DNA from: Octopus vulgaris
Lineage: Eukaryota
Direction: 5' to 3'
NCBI GenBank assembly: GCA_951406725.2
Contig: OX597836.1
Location: 7,192,001-7,256,000 of the forward strand
Length of the DNA: 64,000 bases
The translations under genes were made by a program, and so were the position numbers. The notes under the pieces were generated by a model. The model saw only the letters and a program-made list of their open reading frames with translations. It searched no databases and was not told the DNA's origin. This document shows, piece by piece, positions 14,323 to 27,510 of this stretch. Each line of letters begins with the position of its first letter. The stretch's first letter is position 1.

Positions 14323-14324
<2 letters not shown>
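13951..14324 (+). mobile_element. 3' fragment of an R4/Dong-like non-LTR retrotransposon (restriction-like endonuclease region)
   Basis: Frameshifted RTCMVINIACPGDNRI..EEEGKINNYDDLKW..IGALG..LGTARILHKVLE, flanked on both sides by (TAA)n. Confidence 0.75.
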
Positions 14325-14376
<52 letters not shown>

Positions 14377-15209
14377 TAATAATTTAAATAACATTCATCA
14401 GTTGATGCGTTTCGTCACTCATTCATTCATTGAACAGATTTCTTTCTTTTTTCCTTTTCTTCTTTTTTTTTTTTTTGTACATTTTTCAGTTTTTACACAA
14501 CTTTGCATTCTCAGAAAATTCAACTCAGAAATCAGAATATAAAAGAAACATACACATATTCGTATGTATACATACATTCATAATTACATACGCACACATG
14601 TATACATATACACGTACACACAAACAACATGTCTATGTATACACAAACACATATATATGTGCATAGATATATACGTATGTGTTTGCATGTGTGTGTGTGT
14701 GTCCCCTCATCATTTGTCAGCTGAAGAGCTACACTAGCTTCCAATCTGGTTTGGCATGGTTTCTAAGGCTGGATGACCTTCCTAACGCCAAACACTATAA
14801 GAGTGTAGTAGGTGCTTTTTACACACATACACACACAGATGCATATATATACACAGAGAAGAGTATGTACATACACACACACACACACAAAGCTGGATTA
14901 AACTAGTCAGAGTGTTTGTATTGTTATAAAGGAACCCTATATCAAACAAAGAAAACCAAAACTATTTTACCAAAATAATATATTTCTAGGGTTTCTGAAG
15001 ATTCGAAGGACCTGTATTTTTACTTCAGCTAAAAACGGAAGAAGACCACAAGACTCCACCGTTAAGACTTTTACCTTAAAAATGCTTTACTTCTCACTAG
15101 CCAACATATAGGAGACATCCAATAGGCTAACCTTGAAAGACGGAGGCTTTGCTGTGGGTTATCTAATTAGGGGCACCCTTTCCTTTCTAGATCTTTATTT
15201 GCTTTTTAA

Positions 15210-15430
15210 CCCTTTCGTTACTGTATTTATTTTGAGATACTCTGTGTTTCTTTCAATTACTTGAAATATAACAAAAAATTTACTAAAATAACTTAGTTAT
15301 CATTAAACTAGTGTTAGGAACATAAATTGTGACTAAGGTTTGGTGGAAGATTTTCATTCAAAACTTATGAAAACAAGACATTTATTCTAAAGGGCCAGAG
15401 CCGGTTTCAGCCGGGTTGGTAACGAAAGGG
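15210..15430. mobile_element. piggyBac-like MITE (221 bp)
   Basis: TIR CCCTTTCGTTAC/GTAACGAAAGGG flanked by TTAA on both sides. Confidence 0.85.
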
Positions 15431-15519
15431 TTAAACCAAAAGCTTCAACACTACAATCATTTCATTGCACAAACTTACTAATAGATAAAATCTAAATACA
15501 CAACCTTAATCTGAGGCAG

Positions 15520-15552
<33 letters not shown>

Positions 15553-15846
15553 GGTTATCAATTTGTGTAGCAAGACTCCTGATGTGAAATGTGTTGAAAC
15601 CGATATTGTTGTATTTCAAGATGGTCAGTATTTTTCTTTCCTTTTTTGCCAAATATACATAAGTATCAATCGAAGTGTACAATTTTATACAACCATTATG
15701 GTTAGTCTTACCATTTGGTTTCACACCAGGGTTAGGGCTCAACACAGTGGTTGGTAACAGTCTGATTATGTAACCCTGCGCTCATCAGAGGTAGCCATTG
15801 TAGAATGGAATATTGTATATTTGTATGTATGTATGTATGTATTGTT

Positions 15847-16248
15847 CTTTTATTCTTTTTTATTTATTTCAGTCATTTAACTACGGCCATGCTGGAGCAC
15901 CGCCTTTAGTTGAGGAAATCCACCCCAGGACTTATTCTTTGTAAGCCTAGTACTTATTCTATCAGGCTCTCTTGCTGAACCGCTAAGTGGCAGGAACGTA
16001 AACAGACCCGCATCAGTAGTCAAGCAATGGTAGGGGGTACAAACACAGACACACAAACAAATATATATATATATATATATATACAACGGGCTTCTTTCAG
16101 TTTCTATCTACCAAATCCACTCACAAGGCTTTGGTCACCCCAAGGCTATAAGTGAAGACACTTGCCCAAGGTGCCATGCAGTGGGACTGAACCGGGAACC
16201 ATGTGGTTGGTAAGCAAGCTACTTACCACACATCCACTCCTGTGCCTA
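15847..16248 (-). mobile_element. CORE-like tRNA SINE, full length
   Basis: Family match. Confidence 0.8.
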
Positions 16249-16634
16249 TGCATACAGTATCTAACACCGACATTGAAAACGTGACTGTCTTGATGTTTAA
16301 AATGCCAAAAAAAACCCCAAAAAATGTTTTGGAAATCATAGTTTGATTTAATAAACAGGGTTACCTTTAATAGCGTCTATGACATATTCTGTAGGTAATC
16401 AGATTCACTCAACTGACCATATTTATAAGTAGTAGTAATAGTAGTAGTAATAGTAGTAGTAGTAGTAGTAGAAATTTCCTGATAAAGTTTGACCAATACT
16501 ATCGAGGCAAGAAGGTCAAAGATGATTATAAAAGACGGAGAATGAGAACAGAAAGAAATTGGTTAATCCAGCATCGCGTGTGTGTGCATGTATACACACA
16601 CACACATACATATCTATATATACACACATAAATA

Positions 16635-16669
<35 letters not shown>

Positions 16670-17009
16670 GTTTATGTATGTATCAAGGGAGACAATTATT
16701 AAGAGTCAGAATAACGTGCACAAAGTTTTTTTTCCAAATTTCAACTTAATCCTTTTTTTTTTAATATTTTTCGTGTTTTTTTTGTCTTTTTTACAGGCTT
16801 CATTATTTTATTTTTTATTATTATTTTTGTTTTTTAATCTTTCTTCAACAGTTTGCGAAAGAATTAAAAATGATAAAAAAATGATGACAATGTTTGGGCG
16901 GCGGGGGCGGGGGGGTGGGGACACACAAGATTTGATATCTGGGAAGGATCAACTCAGAGAAGCAGAAGAAGAGAGTCCAAATGAGAAAGAGAAAGAAAAT
17001 GATAATAAA

Positions 17010-17103
<94 letters not shown>

Positions 17104-17353
17104 GATAGCAAAACAAAATGGAGCATTTGTATAATTTCAGGAAAAATAATACAAAAAAAAAAAGAAAGTTTAACATATTTCAAATATTATAAATATAATT
17201 TCCTTCCTATCTATAAAAATCTTGCAAGGGTTAAAATTTAGAGAAAAAAAAAAAACAGTCCCCTTTTTTCCTTCTTTAGTCAGTCTGTTAGCAAGGAGCT
17301 GAGAAAGTAAAATTACTCAACTAGTTATTATAAGTAGTATCCATCAATGGGTG

Positions 17354-17391
<38 letters not shown>

Positions 17392-18018
17392 ATCTGGTGA
17401 TATGGATTGAAAGATTGCATCGGCTGCCTGAAAATAAAACGACATCTTCATACACTACTTCCTGCAGCAGCAAACGCTTGGGTTAAGGGGTTTTTTTTCC
17501 ATTTACCCTACCACAACCTCACTTATACTTTTAAGCTAAAAAAAAACAAAAAACCTGCCATCATGGGTTTTTTTGTGTTTTGTCTTTTTTTTTTGGTATT
17601 TTTACACAAAATTATTTTTAATTATGTTCTAAACACCAGTTTAAACAACATTGTTTGTTTGAATATTCAATCTGCAATTGATATCACCCATTTTGGTCTT
17701 ACATGGGTGACCTTTGTCAGGAAGAAGCTGTAAGGATTTTGGCCCTGATGGAACCAACATGAGGTCAAACCAGGCAATATCAATCACAGAGCGAATATTC
17801 GCATTGAGTACACGAAACTGCACATCTTAACATGTATCAAGTATTGCTTTTTAACCAAGAAAATCTGATACATTCAACGTATATATTTATTACGGTGACA
17901 GTCCTAAGCAGTGATGTCCACAAATACAAACTTGTTGCCTGTTCAAATATACTTGAGGACTATTTGAACTCATAAGAAAGCCATTCACTATTTTCATCAG
18001 TGCACAGCACTCCCTTCC

Positions 18019-18205
18019 TAGACAGTCAGGTGCATGCATTTCAGAGTGATTATCTCCTCTTCAGCAGCAGAACCAGAAAGGTAGGTATTGCAAGGTAATG
18101 CAAGAGGCAGGTCCATCTTATGGTGTTCTCGTCATTGTCTGCCTTTCTTGTCGGTGTTGCTGAAGAGGAGAAAACCACTCTGAAACACATGCATCCAATT
18201 CTCTA
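18019..18205. repeat. Inverted repeat (~65-bp arms, ~55-nt spacer) with a degenerate hammerhead motif; second Penelope-like family
   Basis: Arms 18019-18084 and 18139-18205. Right arm reads ttg CTGAAGA ggag..ctct GAAAC acatgc ATC caa. Confidence 0.6.
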
Positions 18206-18362
18206 GTCAGAAAACACTGTGGACTGACTTGATGTATTTACACCTATTTCTCTACAGTAAGAAATTTTCCTCATGACAAAACAACAACGAATGGCCTTTT
18301 TACCAGTTCGAATACGCCTCAAGCATATCTGAACTGGTAACAAGTTTGTATATATGTATATA

Positions 18363-18399
<37 letters not shown>

Positions 18400-18670
18400 G
18401 TATATATATATTACACACACACATATAGGATGTATATGTGTATGAGTGTATGCATGTGAGTATAATGAACTTATATTACTAAATTTTTCCAAATTCTTTA
18501 TATTTTTAAACAAAAAAGAATTGATACTGATAAACACAGGGGTGTTCATCATAAGAAATGTAATAAAAAAAGGGGAAAATATACCACACAACTCCTATTT
18601 TTTCAAAACCCTTTCTTTTGTTTTTTTTATTTTTCTTTCTTTTTTTTACATCTAGCTAAAAAACAATTTT

Positions 18671-18706
<36 letters not shown>

Positions 18707-19090
18707 ACTTTAATTAAAAATGAACCTTACAACAAAAGTAGTTGTCTCAACTCAGGAAAAGTCAGAAACAAACAAACAATTAAAAAAATTGAACTTAATA
18801 CAGTGTGTATGTTAAAAATCTTGCTTAAGATAACAATATATTTTAATAATAACTAAACGTTCGCCTTGATAACTTCTAGACAAGGCACAGAAAGGTTTCC
18901 GTAAGTCAGGATTTTGTGAAATGTTTAATACAAAAACAGAAAGAAATTTTATTAAATTAATTATTATTTTTTGTTTTAAATGACAATGAAGTGCATGGCT
19001 TGTAGAAGATTCGAAATAAGGCACCATATTAGACTGTTTAAATGAGGTTTGATCCTGAATGGTCAGTTTTGGTAAACAACTGCTAATAAT

Positions 19091-19131
<41 letters not shown>

Positions 19132-20885
19132 TTATGATGATGATTAATAATAATAATAATAATAAGCTTGTTGTTTTGCACTAGCACCCTACAAAAATGG
19201 CCAAGTTTCACAAGGGTCTGTAAGGGATAAGGTGACAGAAATTTATATGGTGTTTCCATCAGAATATTTGCTGTATGTTTTTGACATATTTTCTTAATGG
19301 AGGAGGAGGAGTGGGGAAGGGGGAGGAAGGCAGCCCCTTTTCAGGGCTTCTAGGATTGGTAGGAGGAACCACTCTTGTTACTGGAGACCTGCCTCAAATG
19401 TGTTAACTTGGACTTCATCGTACTTTTGTTAGTTCTGTCCAAATATAAATCTTTCATTACACCTGTAATTAATTGATGTTGCAAAGACCTGTTTATTTGT
19501 CGAAACGTAACAGAGCAAATGAGAGAGAGAGAGAGAGAGCCACAACATAGTCTATTAACTTGCTAGAAACAACAGACAAATCTTTCTCATATCACTCTGC
19601 TGTCTTGAAAAAAAAGGAAGGTCACACTGGATAGTGTAGTACAAGATTGGCTAAATCTGAAAAGACAAGATGGTCATGGTTACAACGTCTTAGATTATAG
19701 GTCTGCTAAACCAAGGCTGACCTGGGACTAAATAACATTCCTTCTCCAGAAAATAGGTAAAAGGTCAAAAAATTAAAATGAATGTTTAATGTTAAATCGG
19801 GAGAAGAAATAATTCAAATCTACTAAAAATGAAAATATTTCAAAATTCTGTATGTAGCCTGGCAAAAAAAAGAGAAAAAAAATGAAAAAAGTAAACTCTA
19901 TGTATGTGTGTGTGTGTATTACATACTATAATATGTAATTTTTCTAAATGGTATAATTTAATTTTTCATTATTGAATTGATAAAAGGTGGGTTTTTTTCT
20001 AATTTATATATATATATTATATTTTGTGAAATTTGATTTAGTATTTCTAAATTGAATTTTTCCCTGTAAATTTGGAATAATATTCCCTCATATTATTACT
20101 ATTATGTATATATACTATCATCATCATCATCTTCATTTAACATCCATTTCCCATTGGTTGGATGGTTTGACAAGAGCTGGCCAATCAGAAAACTGCACTA
20201 ACCTTCTCTGTCTGATTTAGCAAGGTTTTTTACGGATGGATGCCCTTCCTAACACCAACCACCTTGCAGATATATATATATAATGTTTATGTTGTTTGTT
20301 CATTTTACATCTATTTTTCCTTGCTAGCATGCATTGGATGAACTTAAGGAGGCATCGTTTTACAGCCAGATGCTCTTCCTGTCACTAACCTTTACTTGCT
20401 TAAGCATGAAGGAAGGGTTTCAAACAATACCAAAAAAAAAAAAAATGGTACTGTTAAATAGAGACCTAGAAAACTTCTAAGATGTCCTAACTTACACACA
20501 AACTCAGAATATCTACCGTTAATTAATAATATTGTTGATAGAGAAGGACATAGAGGAGAGGACAAGCATGCCTTGCCCTACATTATATTCTGAGACGAAC
20601 ATTTACTTGCATGTCTCTGCAGTTATTGGAAATGAATTTTATGTCAGTATTCCTGAGGGGAAACTTAAAGCCATACCTGGGGACAACATTAAAAACCATA
20701 AAAGACCTCTCTCTCTCTCTCCCTAATAAAATTGGTCTACAAAAGTTTCTAGAAGAGATGCCAAAATCAGAAATCCCATCCAATGTGATGAAATACCATA
20801 ATGTTGAGTTTAAAGAATTCTCTAGTGAACTGATCAACAAGAATATAGACAGACCTTAGATACTTCTTTTCAAAGCTTGCTTTAA

Positions 20886-21107
20886 CTCTTCTGTTACCGT
20901 ATTTATTTTGAGATGATCTGTGTTTCTTTCAATTAATTTTAAATATAACAAAGAATTTAGTAAAATAACTTAGTTATCATTCAGCTAGTGCTAGGAACAT
21001 AAATTGTGACTAAGATTTGGGGGAAGATTTTAATTCAAAACTTATGAAAACAAGATATTTGTACTACAGAGCCAGAGGCAGTATCAGCCGGGTTCGTAAC
21101 GAAAGGG
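20886..21107. mobile_element. Second copy of the 221-bp piggyBac-like MITE
   Basis: Colinear with 15210-15430, TTAA flanks, left TIR degraded. Confidence 0.8.
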
Positions 21108-21464
21108 TTAAAACAGTTAAGTTCTATAGCATGTTGTGTCTGGGCAATAACAGGAACACAAGCAGAAGATATCTCTGGACATTTCTCCATCTTTGTTATA
21201 ATTTGTACTTGGGTTTCATTTTCTGCAAAAAATTAACAATGCTGGTTGCAAAATTGCGGACTTTCTTAACTGAGACCATTTTACATTCTAGATGATTAAT
21301 TAATCTGGACTGGATATGCTCTGTGGAGACCAAATATACCACTGGTCACTCTTTTGAATCACATGAAAAAAAAAACAGACCAAAACCAAATCCACAGAGC
21401 CTTATCATGTAGGGGCTTTGAAGAAAACAGACATTTTCCAAGTTAACGTTATTAGAACCAAATA

Positions 21465-21695
21465 GGGCGGCGAGCTGGCAGACACGTTAGCGCACCGGGC
21501 GAAATGTTTAGCAGTATTTCGTCTGTCGTTATGTTCCGAGTTCAAACTCCGCCGAGGTCGACTTTGCCTTTCATCCTTTCAGGGTCGATAAATAAAGTAC
21601 TAGTTTCAAACTGGGGTCAATGTAATCGACTTAATCCTTTTGTCTGTCCTTGTTTGTCCCCTCTGTGTTTAGCCCCTTGTGGGCAATAAAGAAAT
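21465..21695 (+). mobile_element. Second-family tRNA SINE, full length
   Basis: ggcggcgagctggcaga..gtgggcaataaagaaat. Further copies on minus at about 11320-11557, 24500-24732, 45976-46165, 57898-58130 and 58990-59217. Confidence 0.78.
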
Positions 21696-22319
21696 ATATT
21701 AGAACCTGAAGCAATATTGGATTCAAATTTTGGCACAAGGCCAGCAATTTCAGGGGAGGGGAGTAGGTCAATTACATCGATCCCAGTGCTCAACCACAAA
21801 AGGATGAAAGGCAAAGTTGACCTCAACAGAATTTTGACTGTCAAGATGGATGAAAAGTTGCTAAGCGTTTTACCCAGCATGCTAACCATTCTGAAAGCTC
21901 AACACCTAATAATAGTAATAATAATAATGGTGTCTAGTTTTGGCATAACACCAGCAATTTCAGAGGAGCGGGTAAGTCAAATATATCAACCCCAGTAGAC
22001 AACTGGTACTTATTTTATCGACCCCAAAAGGATGAAAGGTAAAGCCGACCTCAGTGGAATTTTGAACATACAATGTAAAGATGGACGAAATGTCGTTAAG
22101 TATTTTGCCAGGCACGCAAACAATTCTGCCAGCTCAGCACCTTAACGAGAAGCAATATTAATATTTAACGAACTTTCAAGTCTTGCCACAGACACTAAGT
22201 GAAGATGGAATTTAAACAATGGCCACTGATTTATAAATGATATCTTTTATATTATGGACTTTACTCCTTGCAAAATCAGAAGATGCTGAAGGAAGAGAGA
22301 AGACACAGTTCTATATTTA

Positions 22320-22492
22320 AGAGATGAGGAATTATGCACATTATTTACATTATTTACATTTGATGGATATTTGTCCTCATCTTGTTGTTAGCACAACGTT
22401 TCGGCTGATATTCTCTCCAGCCTTCATCAGGTGTCTTGGGAAATTTCGAACCTGGGTTCTCATTCCTAAGTTATTTTTCAATGCTGTTGTTG

Positions 22493-22538
<46 letters not shown>

Positions 22539-22720
22539 CATTATTCAGGTAACTGCCAGGAATCGAACTTGAAATCTTGGGGTAAGTAACCTGCGTTCTT
22601 AACCACTACACCACCTTCCTACGGGCATATGAAGGCTGGAGGGTGTATCAGCTGAAACGTTGTGTTAACAACAAACAAGATGAGGACAAATATTTGTTGA
22701 ATGTAAATAATGTAAATAAT
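22320..22720 (-). mobile_element. tRNA-headed SINE-like element with a Penelope-like tail containing a hammerhead ribozyme, plus an inverted partial copy of the tail
   Basis: Minus strand: A box TGGTGTAGTGGTT (22613-22601), B box GTTCGATTCC (22568-22559), (TAA)n linker, then acac-CTGATGA-a-ggctg..cagcc-GAAAC-GTT-gtg (22434-22391). Inverted tail copy at about 22629-22720. Confidence 0.7.
22391..22434 (-). ncRNA. Minimal type I hammerhead ribozyme motif
   Basis: Core CTGATGA, stem II ggctg/cagcc, GAAA, palindromic loopless stem III (ACGT), GUU cleavage triplet, stem I cac/gtg. Confidence 0.7.
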
Positions 22721-22859
22721 TTGAAGAGTGAAGATGTTGAAGGTAGAAAAAAAATGGTCCTTAGGTCCATATTATCAAGGATAAATAGGGTTACCTAACG
22801 ATCTGTGCAACAGAATATATTCCGGCAGGAGCAGGGATTTTTTATTTTTTTAAAAAAAG

Positions 22860-24402
22860 GGAAGGTTTCTTTTTTGTTTCTTTTTTTGTTTATTTTTGTG
22901 TTTTAGAAGTGCCACAGCCCTCCACCACTACTTTCATTAACTGCAATCATTGTCATTTCTCAAATCCCATTTTTTAAAAATTTTATTTGAGTTAAAAAAA
23001 AAAACAAAAAACAAAATGAACATTTGTATTGTTGTTGTTTGTGAAGTTAAAAAAAAAAACAAAAAGAATTAAAAATACAAAATCTCAGCAGAAATCAGAG
23101 ACAGATGTTAGCTTTAAATCCAGTACATGATGACATCTTTACCAACAGGTGATAGTATATTACAACCAGGTGATGTTACCTTTACCAGCAGACGATTGCA
23201 TATACACCTCCAGATGCTGGAATCTTTATGAAGAGAAAGATGATGGCATTTTCACAGTAGAGGCAAAAAATGGCACCTTTACTACGAGATGAGAGCATAT
23301 CTACAACCAGGTGATGGTGATATAAATGTATGTGTATGTGCGTGCGTGTGTGTGTGTACATGTATATGTATGTATGTATGTATATATATATGTGTGTGTG
23401 TGTGTGTGTATGTATATATATGTGTATGAGTGTATATGTATGTATATATGTACATACATACATCACCACTAGAGGAGGGTACCTTCAACACCTGAAGATG
23501 GTAGAACAGTACCACATCTTGAGAATGTAATATTTACCCAACAAGTAGAATGCTTTTGCATGAGTTCAAGTATGTATGTATATATACATACATACATATA
23601 TATACATACATATATACACATATACATACATATATACATATATCACCCATATGTGGTACTTTTACCACCAGAGAAGATGGTACATTGGCTGCCAAACTGA
23701 ACCATTTTAATTTTCTGTACAAGTCACCATCATTGATGGTGTCCTTATTCTTTATATATTCTATGAGACAAATGAATTTACCATTTATAGGGCCCTGTCC
23801 ATATGGCAGTCATTTCACATAATGAGAATGTACCTGCATGCGTGTGTTTGTATGTGTGCGAGTGTAACTTCGTAGAGATGGTGAAAAAATTGTAAACATG
23901 GCACGTTGCTTCCACGTTTACAGAGGCCTTGCATTGTTAGCACGAGCAACCAAATTTCACTGGCACGGAGGCTGCGTTAGAGCAGCGGCAGTGTCTATTG
24001 TTGGTATCACTCACTGTATCACTGATGAAAAAGGGAAAAAAAAAATTTAGAAGCAAAACCCCTTGAGGTCAACAATGTATGTCGTAGATAAACTGGCAGG
24101 CACTCCATTTTCCAACTCAAAATTTTTTTTTTTTTTTTGACACATCACATAGTGAGGATTTCCTTGAAGTTTGAGACATTGTCCAGAGTTTTAATTTATG
24201 TAAATCAGCAGGATGACTGGTTTAGAAATGGAGGGAAAAGATTTTCTAGTTGCTGCAGCTGGTCATTTATTTGTGCTCTCTCTCTCTCTCTCTCTTTCTC
24301 TCTCTTTCTCTATCCCAGATTCTGAAATCAAATCTGTGTACCATATTGGGAATTTGTTGCATGAAAAGATGAAATAGAAAATGCTGCACACTTTAGAAAA
24401 TT
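22860..24402 (-). other. Probable non-coding terminal (3' UTR) exon of CDC42SE
   Basis: Strong minus-strand acceptor with a ~35-nt pyrimidine tract ending ttttttccag at 24403-24404, downstream of the post-stop donor. About 1.6 kb free of SINEs. AATAAA on minus at 22987-22982 and 22894-22889. The 3' end is approximate. Confidence 0.55.
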
Positions 24403-24804
24403 CTGGAAAAAACAAACAAAAAAAAAGAAAGAAAAAAATTATTAGAAGACAATTTAAAATTCAGAGATAAGATTTTACTTTCCAAAGGAAAAAATAAATA
24501 TTTCTTTACTGCCCTCAAGGGGCTAAACATAGAGGGGACAAACAAGGACAGACAAAGGGATTAAGTCGATTACATCGACCCCAGTGCGAAACTGGTACTT
24601 TATTTATCGACCCTGAAAGAATGAAAGGCAAAGTCGACCTCGGCAGAATTTGAACTCAGAACGTAACGACAGACGAAAATATCGCTAAGCTTTTCGCCTG
24701 GTGCGCTAACGTTTCTGCCAGCTCGCCGCCTTAGGAAAAAATAAAATAAAAATATAAAATAAAACGCCACCAAAGGAAAAAATAAAACACAAACACACAC
24801 ACAC

Positions 24805-25170
24805 AGCTGTGTGGTAAGAGGCCTGCTTCCCAACCACATGGTTCTGGGTTCAGTCCCACTGAATGGCACCTTGGGCAAGTGCCTTCTACTACAGCCTCGG
24901 GCCAACCAAAGCCTTGAGTGGATTTAGTAAACGGAAACTGAAAGAAGCCCATCATATGTGTATGTGTATGTGTGTGTGTGCCTTTGTGTCTGTGTTTGTC
25001 CCCCTATCACTGCTTGACAACTGGTGTTGGTGTGTTTACATCCCTGTAACTTAGCAGTTCAGCAAAAGAGACTGATAAATAAGTACTAAGCTTAAAAAAT
25101 AAATCCTGGGGTTGATTTGTTCAACTAAAACCCTTGAAGGCAGTGCCCCACCATGGCTACAGTCAAATGA
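24805..25170 (+). mobile_element. CORE-like tRNA SINE
   Basis: Family match. Confidence 0.75.
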
Positions 25171-26494
25171 CCGCCTTTAGTCAAACAAATCAACCCCAGG
25201 ACTTTATTCTTTGCAATCCTAGTACTTATTCTATCGTACAGCAAGATTGAACCTGGGAACTATGTTGTTACAGAACAAACTTCTTAACCATGTAGCCATG
25301 ACTCAAACACCACCAACCCACCACCACCACCGACAGCTTCAACACTGCTAATATTAACAAACCATTGACAACAGACAAGGCCAGGTGTAGTGGTGAAGTG
25401 TAGGAGAGAAGTGAGTGGTAATATTTGTACAGACAAGCCATTTTATGAGAGAGGGGGAGAAGAGAGAGGAGGAGGAGGGAGGGACGAAGCGAGGTCAAAG
25501 TGACACTGGAAGATATGTGACAAGCCAGCAACTGGTGAATGGGGAATGGGCCAAACGGCAGAGCATACATATGGTTGTCACTCAGTACAAACTTGTATGT
25601 GACGGTGAGAAGAAGAAGCTTTCCATCAGTCAGTCAGTGGTGAAGGTCACTGACACAGTAAGCAAAAAAGGTGCAGAGAAGGAGGACCACATGTAATGGA
25701 AAACCCGAAGATCAATAAATGCAGATCAATAAATGCAATGCCCTCCGTCACATGTTGTCGTATGTGAAGCTGGGTGCCAAAAAGGTCTGCTTTCGAACTA
25801 CATGGATCCAGGTTCAATCTCAGGGGTAGAGGAGTCTTCTACAATATCTTCAGGGTGCCACAAAGCTTTTATCGATTTGGTTGTTTGTTTTACGTCCATT
25901 TTTTCCATGCTGGTATGAGTTAGATGAATGCATTTATTATCTCTCGCTAGTTTCATTCGCCGGACGGTGGCCATCCTGGGGCACCACCTCAGAGGGTTTA
26001 GCCAAATGAGTGAACAAATCAACCCCCATCCAGTATTTATTTTTCAAGTCCAGGACTGCTAAGTTACAGGGACATAAACAAACCAACATCAGATGTCAAG
26101 TGATGGGTGTGAGAACAAATAAACACAAGGACACATACATACATACAGGCGCAGGAGTAGCTGTGTGGTAAGAAGTTTGCTTCCCAACCACATGGTTCTG
26201 GGTTCAGTCCCACTGTGTGGCACTCTATGAAAGCCTCTTTTATATAGTATATATATATATACCTTTTATTTGTTTCAGTCATTAGACTGCAGCCATGCTG
26301 GGGTACTGTCTTGAGGAATTTTAGTCAAATGAGACAACCCCAGTCCTTTTGGGGGGGGAGGGAGGATCTCCATTGCCAAACCGCTAAGTTACAGGGACGC
26401 ATTCACACCAACACCAGTTGTCAAATGGTAGTTGGGGACAAACAGAGACACAAAGACACGTGTGTGTGTGTGTGTGTGTGTATGTGCGTGTATG

Positions 26495-26528
<34 letters not shown>

Positions 26529-27510
26529 CTAGCAGTATCGCCTGGTGTTGCTCGGGTTTGTTTCAACCCTTTAGAATTGGAATTTTTGAAAAGTAAAAAT
26601 TTTGCATTATGTACCTTTAAGGGAACATTTTTCTGGTTGAAATACACCGAAAAATAGCGACACAGCAGTAAAAAAATCGTAAAAAATAGGGATTTTCATA
26701 GAAAAAAAAGCATGTGAAAAACAACATTCAAGCGTGGTCGTTGCCAGTGCCGCTGGACTGGCTCCAGTGCAGGTAGCACATAAAAAACACCTTTTGAGCA
26801 TGGTTAATGCCAGAACCGCCTGACTGCTCCTCATGCCAGTGGCATGTAAAAGTACCCACTATACTCTCGGAGTGGTTTGGCATTAGGAAGGGCATCCAGC
26901 TGTAGAAATTTTGCCAGATCAGATTGGAGCCTGGTGCAGCCTTCTGGCTCGCCAGTCCTCATGCCAACCCATGCCAGCATGGAAAGCAGATGTTAACAAC
27001 AATGATGATGATGATGATGACGATGATGATATATATAGACCAGAGGTGTGCTGGAAAGTACTGCGAAAGGCCTGGTTGCACATCGAACTTTCTGAATTCT
27101 TTTACAGGGTTTAGAAAAACTGAAGGACCACTGCAGTAAGTATGTGGATCCAAGAGGGGAAGGCATTCGATAGAATCATAATTAACTGACCCTCCTGTAT
27201 TTTCTCTTAATCAAAGCCAGGAACTTTCTGACACACCCTTGTACCTGCATACACCTGCACATACACATATACACACACAAGATTCTTTTAGTTTCCATCT
27301 AAAAATCACACTTTATTCTCTCATACAACAACAAAAAACACACACACACATACATTAGACAGCAGAATGGCCATGGATGGAATGTCTTTGACTGTGGCCT
27401 TGCTTGGTTAGGGTTGCTGTATGGTGCTAAAGGACAGCAAACAACAAAAATGGTTTGTGCAGTGACCACCCCTACAGAAATAACCAAATTGCAGATAACT
27501 TACATGATAT

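Noticed and set aside
20440-20880. Short ORFs in unique-looking sequence
   Set aside because: Fragmented across frames with no identifiable motif; possibly an old TE remnant.
22546-22613. Possible tRNA gene
   Set aside because: A/B boxes present but no convincing acceptor stem or poly-T terminator; treated as a SINE-type head, like the other tRNA-like heads in the window.
26528-26712. Possible Helitron-like element starting ACTAGCAGTATCGCC
   Set aside because: Only one terminus-like motif visible; other end and hairpin not identified.
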